Source of the DNA: an uncultured delta proteobacterium
Lineage (GTDB): Bacteria > Myxococcota_A > UBA9160 > SZUA-336
DNA: 64,000 bases
Assembly: GCA_963704165.1 (NCBI GenBank)
Contig: CAVPHD010000001.1
Location: 416,001 to 480,000, forward strand
Direction: 5' to 3'
Position 1 is the first letter of the stretch. Every line of letters begins with the position of its first letter. Positions 52,249 to 61,754 of the stretch are shown here, piece after piece. The notes under the pieces were generated by a model, which saw only the letters and a list, made by a program, of their open reading frames with translations, ran no database searches and was not told where the DNA came from. The position numbers were made by a program, and so were the translations under genes.

Positions 52249-52862
52249 GGCGTCCACGCGCAGAAGCGCTCGAGCAGCTCGAGCCCGCAGCGTTGGCTCT
52301 TCTCGGGGTGGAACTGCACGCCGATGCAGCTTCCTCGCCCGACCGCGGAAGCAAAGCTTTCGCCGTAGTCGGTTCGCGCCAGACAGAACTCATCCGGCAC
52401 GCTCGTCGCGCGGTAGCCGTGCACGAAGTAGAAGTAGCCCTCGGCGATCACCGGGTGCTCGATCACCGGCTTCACCTGATTCCAGCCCATGTGCGGGATG
52501 GGAAGCTCCCGGGACTCGGGAAAGCGCTCGACGCGACCGGGGATGATCCCGACGCAGGGTCCGCTGCCACCCTCTTCCGCCTCGTCGAGCAGGACCTGCA
52601 GCCCGAGGCAGATCCCGAGATACGGCCGGCCCGCTTCGACGTGCGCGCGAATCGCGTCATCGAGTCCGCCCGATCGCAGCGCAGCCATCGCCTCGCGGAT
52701 CGATCCCACGCCGGGCACCACGACTCGCCGCGCCGCGCGCACGTCTCGGGCGGAATCTGCGACGCGCGGGCGCGCACCGATCCGCTCGAGAGCCCGCGCG
52801 ACGCTGCGCAGGTTTCCCATTCCGTAGTCGACGACCAGGACCTCTTCACCGGCTCGGCTCAA
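52245..52862 (-). CDS. hisH: Imidazole glycerol phosphate synthase glutaminase subunit
   Basis: DYGMGNL.SV, PGVG, GICLGLQ, PHMGWN, FYFVH, QFHPEKS. Confidence 0.95.
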   Translation of the reverse strand: MSRAGEEVLVVDYGMGNLRSVARALERIGARPRVADSARDVRAARRVVVPGVGSIREAMAALRSGGLDDAIRAHVEAGRPYLGICLGLQVLLDEAEEGGSGPCVGIIPGRVERFPESRELPIPHMGWNQVKPVIEHPVIAEGYFYFVHGYRATSVPDEFCLARTDYGESFASAVGRGSCIGVQFHPEKSQRCGLELLERFCAWTP

Positions 52863-53446
52863 AGAGATCCCTTCGTCGACAGGGCTCCGCGAATTCGCGG
52901 ATCGACTCGCGTGGCTTCGTCGAGAGCGCGGCCGAGCCCTTTGAAAATGCCCTCGATGACGTGATGCACGTTGTGCCCGTAGCTCCGCTCGACGTGAAGA
53001 TCCACGCCGCCGTTGCTGCAGAAGGCGTACAGGAAGTCCTCGACCAGCGCGGCGTCGAAGTCGGCGACCCAGTCCCGCGCGAGCTCCACGCGGTAGACCA
53101 GGTACGGCCGATTCGAGAGATCGAGATCGACCAGAACGCGAGCATCGGCCATCGGAATCCGGGCCGAGCCGAAGCGGCGCAATCCGGCGCCCTCGCCGAT
53201 GGCTCTTCGCAGCGCCTGCCCGAGCACGATGCCCACATCCTCGACGGTGTGGTGCTGATCGACCTGGAGGTCGCCCTTCGCCCGCACGCGCAGGTCGAAC
53301 AGGCCGTGGCGTGCGAAGGAGTCGAGCAGGTGGTCGAAGAAGGGCATGCCCGTCTCGATCGCTGCCTCGCCCTTCCCGTCCAGCCGAAGCTCGACGGTGA
53401 TCTCCGTCTCGCGCGTCTTGCGAGCGACCGTGGCCTCGCGCTCCAT
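52859..53446 (-). CDS. hisB: Imidazoleglycerol-phosphate dehydratase
   Basis: RKTRETEI, FFDHLL, GDL.VD.HHTVED, N.HH.IE..FK, STKG. Confidence 0.96.
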   Translation of the reverse strand: MEREATVARKTRETEITVELRLDGKGEAAIETGMPFFDHLLDSFARHGLFDLRVRAKGDLQVDQHHTVEDVGIVLGQALRRAIGEGAGLRRFGSARIPMADARVLVDLDLSNRPYLVYRVELARDWVADFDAALVEDFLYAFCSNGGVDLHVERSYGHNVHHVIEGIFKGLGRALDEATRVDPRIRGALSTKGSL

Positions 53447-53485
53447 GCTCGTACTCCTTCGGATCGTTCAGATAGGGAACCGGAT

Positions 53486-54808
53486 CTAGACGCCGCGGTC
53501 CACCCTGCGGGCCGCCGCTTCGAGTCGAATCTCGAGCGCGCGCGCGTGGGCATCGAGGCCCTCGAGGCGCGCGAGCCTTCCGGCGGCCGGCGCGATCCGA
53601 CCGAAGGCCGCCTCGTCCAGGCCGATCAAGCTGATTCTGCGCTGGAAGTCCTCGACGCCAACGACCGAGAAGAAGCGCGCGGTTCCACCCGTCGGCAGGA
53701 CGTGGCTCGGACCCGCCACGTAGTCGCCGATCGGGACCGGGCTCCACGACCCGAGAAAGACCGCGCCAGCGCAGTCGATCTGCGCGAGGCAAGCGTCCGG
53801 ATCGGCCACGCAGAGCTGCAAGTGCTCCGCACCGTAGCGATTGGCGAGCTCACAGGCCTGCTCGACGTCACGCGTCACGATCAACAGGCTGCGATCGCCG
53901 AGCGATTTCCGGGCGGTGCTCTCTCGCGAGAGTGCCGGTAGCTGGCGTGCGATCTCGGAGCTGACGGCGGCGGCGAGGTCGGCGCTCGGCGTGGCAAGGA
54001 CCACGCTTGCGAGCGCGTCATGCTCCGCCTGTGCGAGCAGGTCGGCAGCGAGATAATCCGCGCGCGCGCTGCCATCCGCGACGATGAACACCTCGCTCGG
54101 ACCGGCCTCCGAATCAATCGCGACCTGCCCGAAGACCTGTCGCTTCGCCTCTTGTGTATGGGCGGTTCCCGGCCCGACGATCTTGTCGACACGAGCGATG
54201 CGCTCTGTGCCGAAGGCCAGCGCAGCGATCGCCTGCACACCCCCGACGCGATACACCCGCGTCATACGCGCGAGCCGAGCCGCGGCGGCGACCGCGGGGT
54301 GAAGCTGCTTGCCCGGACTGCACATCTGCCGCTCCTGAACGCCCGCGACCTCGGCCGGGATACCGAGCATGAGCGTGGTCGAGGCGAGCGGCGCGACGCC
54401 CGCGGGAACGTAGATCCCGACGCGGGCGAGCGGGCGAACGATCTGCCCCAGTCGTTCACCCGGCAGGTCGCAGGACCAGCTTGCCGGCACGTGGAGGCTG
54501 TGGAATCGCCGCACTCGGTCAGCGGCGAGCTCGAGCGCGTCGTGATCCTCGCGAGGCAGTCGCTTTGCGCTGGCTTCGAGCTCGGCCTCTCCGACCAGGA
54601 GCTCCTCGGGACGAAGGCGATAGCCGTCGAACCGCTCGATCGCGTCGATCACCGCGTCGTCCCCGCGCCGGCGGACGTCATCGACGATCGCGGCGACCCG
54701 CTCCTGGAGCTCCGCACGCTCGACCGAGCGGCGCTGTTCCAAGGCTGCGAAGCGCGCGGCAAAGCCCGCGTCACGCGTGTCGATCGATTGGATCGCCGCC
54801 GTCGACAT
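53486..54808 (-). CDS. hisD: Histidinol dehydrogenase
   Basis: GIYVP.G, GGVQAIAALAFGT, DKIVGPG, AGPSE, QAEHD, EHL, GDYVAGPSHVLPT. Confidence 0.96.
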   Translation of the reverse strand: MSTAAIQSIDTRDAGFAARFAALEQRRSVERAELQERVAAIVDDVRRRGDDAVIDAIERFDGYRLRPEELLVGEAELEASAKRLPREDHDALELAADRVRRFHSLHVPASWSCDLPGERLGQIVRPLARVGIYVPAGVAPLASTTLMLGIPAEVAGVQERQMCSPGKQLHPAVAAAARLARMTRVYRVGGVQAIAALAFGTERIARVDKIVGPGTAHTQEAKRQVFGQVAIDSEAGPSEVFIVADGSARADYLAADLLAQAEHDALASVVLATPSADLAAAVSSEIARQLPALSRESTARKSLGDRSLLIVTRDVEQACELANRYGAEHLQLCVADPDACLAQIDCAGAVFLGSWSPVPIGDYVAGPSHVLPTGGTARFFSVVGVEDFQRRISLIGLDEAAFGRIAPAAGRLARLEGLDAHARALEIRLEAAARRVDRGV

Positions 54809-54815
54809 TTCCTGC

Positions 54816-56075
54816 CTACTCGGCTTCACGGCGGATCCGACCGCCGAGCGCCGCGATCTTGGCCTCGATGCGCTCGTATCCGCGATCGATGTGGTAGACG
54901 CGGCGCACCCGCGTCTCGCCCGAGGCCGCGAGCCCCGCCAGCACCAGGCAGGCGCTCGCACGCAGGTCCGTCGCCATCACGGGCGCTCCGGACAGGCGGC
55001 ACGGTCCGTTCACGACCGCGGTCTTGCCGTCGATCTCGACGTCCGCGCCGAGCCGCACGAGCTCGGGCACGTGCATGAATCGGTTCTCGAAGATGTTCTC
55101 GCTGATCGCAGAGACCCCGTCGGCCTGCGTCAGCATGGCCATGATCTGCGCCTGCATGTCGGTGGGGAACCCGGGGAAGGGGGCGGTCTTGACGCGAAGG
55201 CCGCGAAATCCCGCGGAGCGGCGAACTCGCACCCAGTCCGAGCCAACATCGACCTCGAGCCCGGTTTCCCGGAACTTGTCGAGCACGACGCCGAGGTTCT
55301 CGGGCGCGACGCCGGTCACTTTGACGTCACCACCGGGAATCATCGCAGCCGACGCGAGCAACGTGGCCGCCTCGATCCGGTCGCCCGCCACAAAATGACG
55401 CAGACCCGAGAGGCTCGACACCCCCTGTACGACCAGGTGATCCGCGCCGGCTTGCTCGATCTGAGCGCCCATCGCGCGCAGCACCGCAATCAGCTCCTGG
55501 ACTTCGGGCTCGCTGGCGGCATTCTCGATCTCGGTCGTGCCCTCGGCCAGAACCGCCGCCATCAGCACGTTCTGCGTGCCGTTCACCGTGGGCAGGTCGA
55601 AGACGACGCGCGCGCCGCGCAGGCGCGTGACGCGCGCCTCGACGTAGCCACCATCGAGCTCGATCTTCGCGCCGAGTGCGGCCATGCCCTTCAGGTGTTG
55701 ATCGACGGGTCGGGCGCCGATCGCACAGCCGCCGGGCAACGAGACGCGTGCGTGACCGCAGCGTGCGAGGAGCGGCCCGAGCACCATGAATGACGCGCGC
55801 ATCGTTCGGACCAGGTCGTAGGGCGCCTCGATCTCGCTCGGCTCCCCGCCCTCGATCCGAAGCGTATCCGCGGACTCCCAGCCCCCCCGAATGCCCAATC
55901 CCTCGATGATCTTCAGCATCGTGTCGAGGTCGCGGACCCGCGGGGCATTCGCGAGCACCACCGGCTCGTCCGAGAGCAGCGACGCCGCCATCAGCGCGAG
56001 GACGGAATTCTTCGAGCCACTCGCCTGCACGGAGCCGCGCAGGGGGATGCCCCCTTCGATCCGGAACTGGTCCAT
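54816..56075 (-). CDS. murA: UDP-N-acetylglucosamine 1-carboxyvinyltransferase
   Basis: [42 protein letters not shown]. Confidence 0.97.
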   Translation of the reverse strand: MDQFRIEGGIPLRGSVQASGSKNSVLALMAASLLSDEPVVLANAPRVRDLDTMLKIIEGLGIRGGWESADTLRIEGGEPSEIEAPYDLVRTMRASFMVLGPLLARCGHARVSLPGGCAIGARPVDQHLKGMAALGAKIELDGGYVEARVTRLRGARVVFDLPTVNGTQNVLMAAVLAEGTTEIENAASEPEVQELIAVLRAMGAQIEQAGADHLVVQGVSSLSGLRHFVAGDRIEAATLLASAAMIPGGDVKVTGVAPENLGVVLDKFRETGLEVDVGSDWVRVRRSAGFRGLRVKTAPFPGFPTDMQAQIMAMLTQADGVSAISENIFENRFMHVPELVRLGADVEIDGKTAVVNGPCRLSGAPVMATDLRASACLVLAGLAASGETRVRRVYHIDRGYERIEAKIAALGGRIRREAE

Positions 56076-56927
56076 TCAAACCTCCAGGAAGCGACCCAGG
56101 ATGACGCGTGGAATCCCGGCCAGGTCCGGGAACCTCTCGATGACGGCTGCACCCGAAGCGCGCAAGAGCTCTTCAACTGCGTCGGCCTGTTCGAAGCCGA
56201 TCTCGAGCGCGATGTAGCCCGGACGGTCGAGCAGGGCAGGCGCCTCGGCGCAGAGGCGACGCACTTCGTGCAGGCCGTCGGGGCCGCCGTCGAGGGCGAC
56301 GCGGGGCTCGTGGCGCAGCTCGGGCGCGAGGGCGTCGAGGTCGGCCGCCGCAACATAGGGTGGATTCGACACCACGAGATCAAACGGACCGCTGAGCTCG
56401 GCGATCCCGCTCGCCTCGAAGAGCTTCACCCGCTCGCCAAAGCCCAGGCTCGCCAGGTTCTGACGCGCCACCTCGAGTGCGGCGGCCGAACAGTCCAGCG
56501 CCACGATCTCGGAATCGGGAAGCTCCCGCGCCAGCGCTGCGCTGACGCAACCCGACCCGACACCGAGCTCTGCGATGCGCTGCGGCTTCAAATCCACCAC
56601 CACCCGCACCAGGGTCTCCGTCTCGGGCCTCGGAATCAGGACGTCGGGCGTGACGCGGAAATCCATCGACCAGAATTCGCGCACGCCGGTGAGATAGGCC
56701 ACCGGCCAGCGCTCCTTCGCGCGGCGCCGAACCAGCTCGCGGTAGCGAGCGCGATCCGCCGCCGCGACCGGCTGATCGAACGCCAGGTACAGGTCCATGC
56801 GCTTCACATCGAGCACGTGCGCGAGCAGGAGCTCCGCGTCCAGACGTGGCGAAGGCACGTCGTGCTGCTTGAAGAAATCGCTGGTCCAGCGCACGAGCTC
56901 CATCAGCTTCCACTCGTCGGCGCTCAT
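56076..56927 (-). CDS. prmC: Release factor glutamine methyltransferase
   Basis: RLDAELLL, P.AYL.G.REF, VLIPRPETE, G.GSG, SNPPY, EP..ALDGG.DGL. Confidence 0.95.
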   Translation of the reverse strand: MSADEWKLMELVRWTSDFFKQHDVPSPRLDAELLLAHVLDVKRMDLYLAFDQPVAAADRARYRELVRRRAKERWPVAYLTGVREFWSMDFRVTPDVLIPRPETETLVRVVVDLKPQRIAELGVGSGCVSAALARELPDSEIVALDCSAAALEVARQNLASLGFGERVKLFEASGIAELSGPFDLVVSNPPYVAAADLDALAPELRHEPRVALDGGPDGLHEVRRLCAEAPALLDRPGYIALEIGFEQADAVEELLRASGAAVIERFPDLAGIPRVILGRFLEV

Positions 56928-57988
56928 CTCAGCTCCCCGAGCTCTTCGGCCTCGAGGCTCGTGCTGACCGCGTCGACCAGCTCGTCGATCTCGCCTTCGA
57001 TGACGCGGTCGAGCTTGTGCAGGGTGAATCCGACGCGGTGGTCGGTGACGCGATTCTGCGGGAAGTTGTAGGTGCGGACGCGTTCCGAGCGGTCGCCGGT
57101 GCCGATCTGACCCTTCCGCTTCGCCGCGCGCTCGGAGTCGATGCGCTGCTGTTCCAGGTCGAGCAGACGCGCAGCGAGAACCTTGATCGCCTTTGCCTTG
57201 TTCTTGTGCTGCGATTTCTCGTCCTGACACTGGACCACGAGCCCGGTCGGGATGTGCGTGACGCGGATCGCCGAGTCGGTCGTGTTCACGCTCTGGCCGC
57301 CTGGGCCGCCGGCGCGGAAGCGGTCGATGCGCAGGTCCTTCTCGTCGATCTGGATGTCGGCGGTGTCGGCCTCGGGCAGCACCGCGACCGTGGCGGTCGA
57401 AGTGTGGATGCGGCCCTGGGACTCGGTCGTCGGCACACGCTGAACGCGGTGGACGCCGCTCTCGTACTTGAGTCGGCCGTAGACGGCGGACCCACCGATG
57501 CTCGCGATCACTTCCCGGATGCCGCCGCCGTCGCCTTCGGAGATCGAGAGGACTTCGACGCTCCAGCCGCGGCTCTGTGCATAGCGGGTGTACATGCGAA
57601 ACAGGTCGCCGGCGAAGAGCGACGCCTCTTCACCGCCGGTTCCGGGTCGGATCTCGAGCACGACGCTCTTCTGGTCGAGCGGGTCGCGCGGTGTGAGCAG
57701 CTTCCTAAGCTCGGTCTCGAGCTCGTTGCGGCGGATCTCCAGCACGGTGAGCTCGGCCTTGGCCAGCTCGCGGATCTCGGGGTCGGAGTCCCCCGCGAGC
57801 TCCTCGTTCTCGGCAATGCTCGCGCCGGTCTGCTTCCAGCCTCGATAGGCCGTGATCAGATCGCGAAGACTGGCGAGCTCCTGGGTCAGCTCACGGAGCT
57901 TCGTCGGATCGCGGACGAGCTCGGGCTGGCCGAGTTTGTCCTCGAGCTCCTGGTAGCGAGCCTCGATTTCAGCAATTCGCTCGAACAT
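56924..57988 (-). CDS. prfA: Peptide chain release factor 1
   Basis: GTGGEEA, GVHRVQRVPTTE (PxT), GGQ, RTYNFPQ.RVTDHR. Confidence 0.97.
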   Translation of the reverse strand: MFERIAEIEARYQELEDKLGQPELVRDPTKLRELTQELASLRDLITAYRGWKQTGASIAENEELAGDSDPEIRELAKAELTVLEIRRNELETELRKLLTPRDPLDQKSVVLEIRPGTGGEEASLFAGDLFRMYTRYAQSRGWSVEVLSISEGDGGGIREVIASIGGSAVYGRLKYESGVHRVQRVPTTESQGRIHTSTATVAVLPEADTADIQIDEKDLRIDRFRAGGPGGQSVNTTDSAIRVTHIPTGLVVQCQDEKSQHKNKAKAIKVLAARLLDLEQQRIDSERAAKRKGQIGTGDRSERVRTYNFPQNRVTDHRVGFTLHKLDRVIEGEIDELVDAVSTSLEAEELGELR

Positions 57989-58054
57989 GGGTCTTCCGGT
58001 CGGGACAGGTTAGCCACGACGGACCCGAGGGGGAGGGGAGAAGAACGCGGGTTC

Positions 58055-58258
58055 TCAGCCTTTCTTCTCGTATCGGCGCCGGAACCGGTCCACCTTCCCG
58101 GCGGTGTCCACGATCTTCTGCTTGCCCGTAAAGAAGGGATGGCAGTTCGAACAAATCTCCACGCGAATCTCGTTCGCCGTGGAGCGTGTCACGAACTCGT
58201 TCCCGCAGGCGCAGTGGACGCGGATCAGCTTGTATTCGGGATGGATGTCCGGCTTCAT
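58055..58258 (-). CDS. rpmE: 50S ribosomal protein L31 (zinc-binding type)
   Basis: MKPDIHPEY...CACG...[10 protein letters not shown]...D.AG.V.RF. Confidence 0.96.
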   Translation of the reverse strand: MKPDIHPEYKLIRVHCACGNEFVTRSTANEIRVEICSNCHPFFTGKQKIVDTAGKVDRFRRRYEKKG

Positions 58259-58294
58259 GGGGACGAGCACGATAGCCCGGACCCGACGGGGCGT

Positions 58295-58939
58295 CTAGCG
58301 GCCCGCTCGGACGAAGTGCAGCATCCGGCCCGAGGCGCGATCCCTGCGGTAGCTCGGGTACTGCTCCGGGTCGCAGGACGTGCAGCCGCCCACGCGATCG
58401 ATTCGAATCGCAGGTACGCCCGAGCCGACGAGCTGAAGCCGGTTCAGGGCGAAGAGGTCGAGCATGGCGTGGCCCGGACGCTCGGACGCGCGGTACACCC
58501 CGCGTTCCGGAATTGCTTCGAGCACCGGTCGATCGACCTCGTAGCAGCAGGGTCCGATGTGCGGGCCGATCGCTGCGCAGAGCTCCTCGGGTCGGCAGCC
58601 GGTCTCGGTGACGAGCGCCCGCACGCTCCGCGAGGCGATCTGCGCGGCGCTTCCTCGCCAGCCCGCGTGTACCGCACACACGAACCGACCGCTCTCGTGC
58701 GCGAGCAGAATCGGAACGCAGTCCGCCGTGACCACGCCAACGGCAACACCGGGACGATCCGCCCAGAGCGCATCGGCCTCTCGCTCGCCGGATCCATCCG
58801 GCGCGCGCAGCAGGGTGGTGCCGTGAACCTGGCGCGCGAAGTGGACATCCCCCGGCACCGCGCTGTGCTTCGTTCCGAATCCGTGCTCGACGCCGATCTC
58901 GTCGAGAAGCGTCGAGTGCAGCGGGGTGCTCGCGCTCAT
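58295..58939 (-). CDS. pgeF: Purine nucleoside phosphorylase/peptidoglycan editing factor (YfiH)
   Basis: QVHG, ADAL, TADCVP, HAGWRG, IGP.I..CCYEV, SYRR. Confidence 0.92.
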   Translation of the reverse strand: MSASTPLHSTLLDEIGVEHGFGTKHSAVPGDVHFARQVHGTTLLRAPDGSGEREADALWADRPGVAVGVVTADCVPILLAHESGRFVCAVHAGWRGSAAQIASRSVRALVTETGCRPEELCAAIGPHIGPCCYEVDRPVLEAIPERGVYRASERPGHAMLDLFALNRLQLVGSGVPAIRIDRVGGCTSCDPEQYPSYRRDRASGRMLHFVRAGR

Positions 58940-59850
58940 CGCAGCGCCTCGAGCAGCGCGAGCAGATCGGCCGGCAGCGGGGACTCGAATCTCACGCGCG
59001 CGCCGGTCGTAGGGTGGTTGAACCCAAGCACCGTGGCGTGCAGAGCCTGGCGCGCGATCGGAAGCGCGGCCGGCCGGGCGCCTCGTCCACCGTAGACCGG
59101 ATCGCCGAGCAAGGGTAGGGAGATCGACGCCATGTGCACCCGGATCTGGTGCGTGCGACCGGTCTCGAGTCGAACACGCAGAAGTGTCGATTCGCGAAGC
59201 CGTCGCTCGATCCGCCAGTGCGTGACCGCACTTCGCGCGATGCGCGCGCGCGTGCTCATGCGCTTGCGATCGGTGGGATGCCGGCCGATCGGTGCATCGA
59301 CGGTCCCGGATTCCGATCGCGGTGCGCCGCGAACGAACGCGAGATACTCGCGGTCGATCGAGTGCTGCTTCCACTGCGCGGCGAGCGCGCGGTGCGCGCG
59401 GTCGTGCTTCGCTGCGACGAGGACGCCGGACGTGTCCTTGTCGAGCCGATGAACGATGCCGGGCCGCAGCTCCCCGCCCACGCCCGAGAGATCCCGGCAA
59501 TGGTGGAGGAGTGCATTGACGAGGGTGCCGCGCGCGTGTCCCGCAGCGGGATGCACGACCATTCCCGCGGGTTTGTCGATCACGACCAGGTCCGCGTCCT
59601 CGTGGAGGACCACCAGCGGGATCGCCTGCGGCTCCAATCGCGCGGGGACGGGCTCCGGCACTCGACCCTCGATCCGCTCACCCAGGCGCAGCTTGTGCGC
59701 CGGCTTCGCGACCGAACCCACGACCTCGATCTCGCCCTGCTCGATCAGCCGCTGTACCTGCGCGCGGGAGAGTGACGGTTCGAGTCGCGCCAAGGCGACG
59801 TCGAGACGCTTCCCCGCCAGGTCCGAATCCACGACGTGCGAAAATCTCAC
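58936..59850 (-). CDS. rluD: RluA/RluD family pseudouridine synthase
   Basis: S4 domain RLD..L, DKPAGMVVHP, GIVHRLDKDTSG, TGRTHQIRVH, GDPVYG, RQALHA. Confidence 0.9.
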   Translation of the reverse strand: MRFSHVVDSDLAGKRLDVALARLEPSLSRAQVQRLIEQGEIEVVGSVAKPAHKLRLGERIEGRVPEPVPARLEPQAIPLVVLHEDADLVVIDKPAGMVVHPAAGHARGTLVNALLHHCRDLSGVGGELRPGIVHRLDKDTSGVLVAAKHDRAHRALAAQWKQHSIDREYLAFVRGAPRSESGTVDAPIGRHPTDRKRMSTRARIARSAVTHWRIERRLRESTLLRVRLETGRTHQIRVHMASISLPLLGDPVYGGRGARPAALPIARQALHATVLGFNHPTTGARVRFESPLPADLLALLEALR

Positions 59851-60113
59851 CAGATGTGAGTCTGGACCCGACGGTGGGCGTAGACCAGCACGTCGACGAG
59901 CGCGAACTCGAAGAGCTGCGCGCGTTCGGTGACCGTCTCGTCCACGTGCCACAGGTAGTATCGGCGCGCGAGGGCAATCTCGCTCTCGAGACGCTCGAAC
60001 AGGTCGTCCTTCTCGAGGCCGATCCGAACTTGGTCGCCCGCGTACGCGGCGAGGTCCGAGACCAGTACGCGCGCGAGCCGACGCGCCCGAGCCGCGGTCA
60101 CGACGCGGTCCAT
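59847..60113 (-). CDS. romX: RomX-like 88-aa protein
   Basis: RLAR..SD..Y...G.E.D.LFE.L..E...R..Y...V......FE.A..D......IW pattern and length match Myxococcus RomX as I recall it; overlaps both neighbours. Confidence 0.7.
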   Translation of the reverse strand: MDRVVTAARARRLARVLVSDLAAYAGDQVRIGLEKDDLFERLESEIALARRYYLWHVDETVTERAQLFEFALVDVLVYAHRRVQTHIW

Positions 60114-60760
60114 CAAGCTCGCCGGCTCGAACTCTCCCGCATGCGATCGCTGTAGCTGTCCGCCACGCGCGCGGGATCGAGCGAAAGGCACTTCGCAATC
60201 TGCTTCAGGAAGCCGCGAAGATAGACCGGTGCGGGCAGCTCGTCGTAGAGGTTCGCCTCGATGGACCGCAGGTGCTGCTCGTTGATCTTGGTGATCGACG
60301 AGATCTCCTCGAGCTCGATCCCGAGGCCGACACGGATCCGGCGCAGCACGTCGCCGTCGAAGATGCCGCTCTCGGGTGCAAGACTGTTCTCGACGTCGAG
60401 CTCCGAGCGCGTGGCGCGCCGACCCTCGATTCCTTCGGCCCGGTGCTCGCGCGCAGGTTGCAGGGGCTTCGGCGTGTCCGCGCGATCCATGCGCACACTC
60501 GATGGTGTCGACTCGGATTCGCGGCCGAGACGCGCATCGTATTCGCGGCGAAGGCGCGTGTCGGAAAGGACCGAGTACGCTTCTTCGATCCGGCGCAGTA
60601 TCGCCGCGCAATCCTCGGCCGAGTACAGCGAATACGCCGCGGCAGAGCTCGGCAGATAGGCCGAGCGTGCGATCCGGTACGCGCGCTCGATCTGCTGCGG
60701 TGTCCCGTCTTCGGGTGCCTCGATCAACTCGTAGAGACTCTGCTCTGCCAGCGCTATCAA
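60113..60760 (-). CDS. Degenerate J-domain plus RodZ-type HTH protein
   Basis: LYELI...I.RAY...IEEAYSVLSD...RREYD without HPD; GI.LEEIS..TKI...L..IE....LP.PVYLRGFL. Confidence 0.8.
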   Translation of the reverse strand: MIALAEQSLYELIEAPEDGTPQQIERAYRIARSAYLPSSAAAYSLYSAEDCAAILRRIEEAYSVLSDTRLRREYDARLGRESESTPSSVRMDRADTPKPLQPAREHRAEGIEGRRATRSELDVENSLAPESGIFDGDVLRRIRVGLGIELEEISSITKINEQHLRSIEANLYDELPAPVYLRGFLKQIAKCLSLDPARVADSYSDRMRESSSRRA

Positions 60761-60764
60761 CTTC

Positions 60765-61754
60765 TCACGTCCCCAGTAGCTTCTTCACGATCCGCCGGAT
60801 GTACAACGCACCGTCGGAGCGCGGGTAGGCCAACACGAGCGGCCGTCGCTCCTTCACCGAGCGCCAGACGTTGTCATCGAAGCAGATGTATCCGGCGTAG
60901 TCGATGTCGATGCCGAAGTACTTCTTGCACACGCTCTTGATCGAGAACCCCATCTTCACCTCTTCCGTGTCACGAACCTGGTTCACGACGAGGTGAGGTC
61001 GGAAGTTCGCGATCATGTCCCGGAAACGCCGACCCTCGGCCGGATCGATGCGATCGATCTCTGCGAGCAGATCGGCCGGCGTGCGGATTCCGCGCTCATT
61101 GCGCTGATCCATCGAGAGACGGATCACGTCTCGGGCCGTGGAGTCGGCAAGCCGGTGCGAGAGCTGCCGATAGAACGCCGCGCGCAGGAATGCGTAGGCG
61201 TTCTCGATCGCGGTCGGCTCGGGCGTCGTGACCACGAACCCTTCGTCGGCCTCGAGAAAGAAGTCGATCGTCGAGCGGTCCGTACCCGCCGCGAGATCGA
61301 AGATCACGAGGTCCGCGGGGAGCTTCCGCACCGCGCGCAGCAGTGCCGAGCGCTGCTCGGCCGTGGTCTCGGCCTTGCCCGTGTGGCCGATCGCACCGAG
61401 GATCAATCGCAGCCCGGGAACCGGCGTTTCGATCGCGACCTTGTCGAGCTCGAGAACCCGATCCTCGAGGTAGTCCGAGAGTGAGATGCGTTCACCCGCG
61501 CGAACGCCGAGGCACGTGTGCAGGTTCGCGCCGCCGAGGTCCGCGTCGATCAGGATCACCCGCTTGCCCGAGCGTGCCGCCACGGTGGCGAGATTCGCGA
61601 CGAGGAAGCTCTTTCCGATTCCGCCCTTTCCGCCACCCACCGCCCAGACGAGCGCCGGCGGCGGCGGGGCAACGGCAAAGCTGTCCCGCTCGGAGCCGAG
61701 TGTCGGCTCGCCGCGCCTAACGCTCAGCCAGCTCGGTGTTCCGGTCCGTCGCAT
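60765..61754 (-). CDS. MinD/FlhG-like P-loop ATPase
   Basis: GGKGGIGKS, DADLGGANL, D..AG, TTPEPTAIENAY, VVNQ; start uncertain. Confidence 0.88.
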   Translation of the reverse strand: MRRTGTPSWLSVRRGEPTLGSERDSFAVAPPPPALVWAVGGGKGGIGKSFLVANLATVAARSGKRVILIDADLGGANLHTCLGVRAGERISLSDYLEDRVLELDKVAIETPVPGLRLILGAIGHTGKAETTAEQRSALLRAVRKLPADLVIFDLAAGTDRSTIDFFLEADEGFVVTTPEPTAIENAYAFLRAAFYRQLSHRLADSTARDVIRLSMDQRNERGIRTPADLLAEIDRIDPAEGRRFRDMIANFRPHLVVNQVRDTEEVKMGFSIKSVCKKYFGIDIDYAGYICFDDNVWRSVKERRPLVLAYPRSDGALYIRRIVKKLLGT

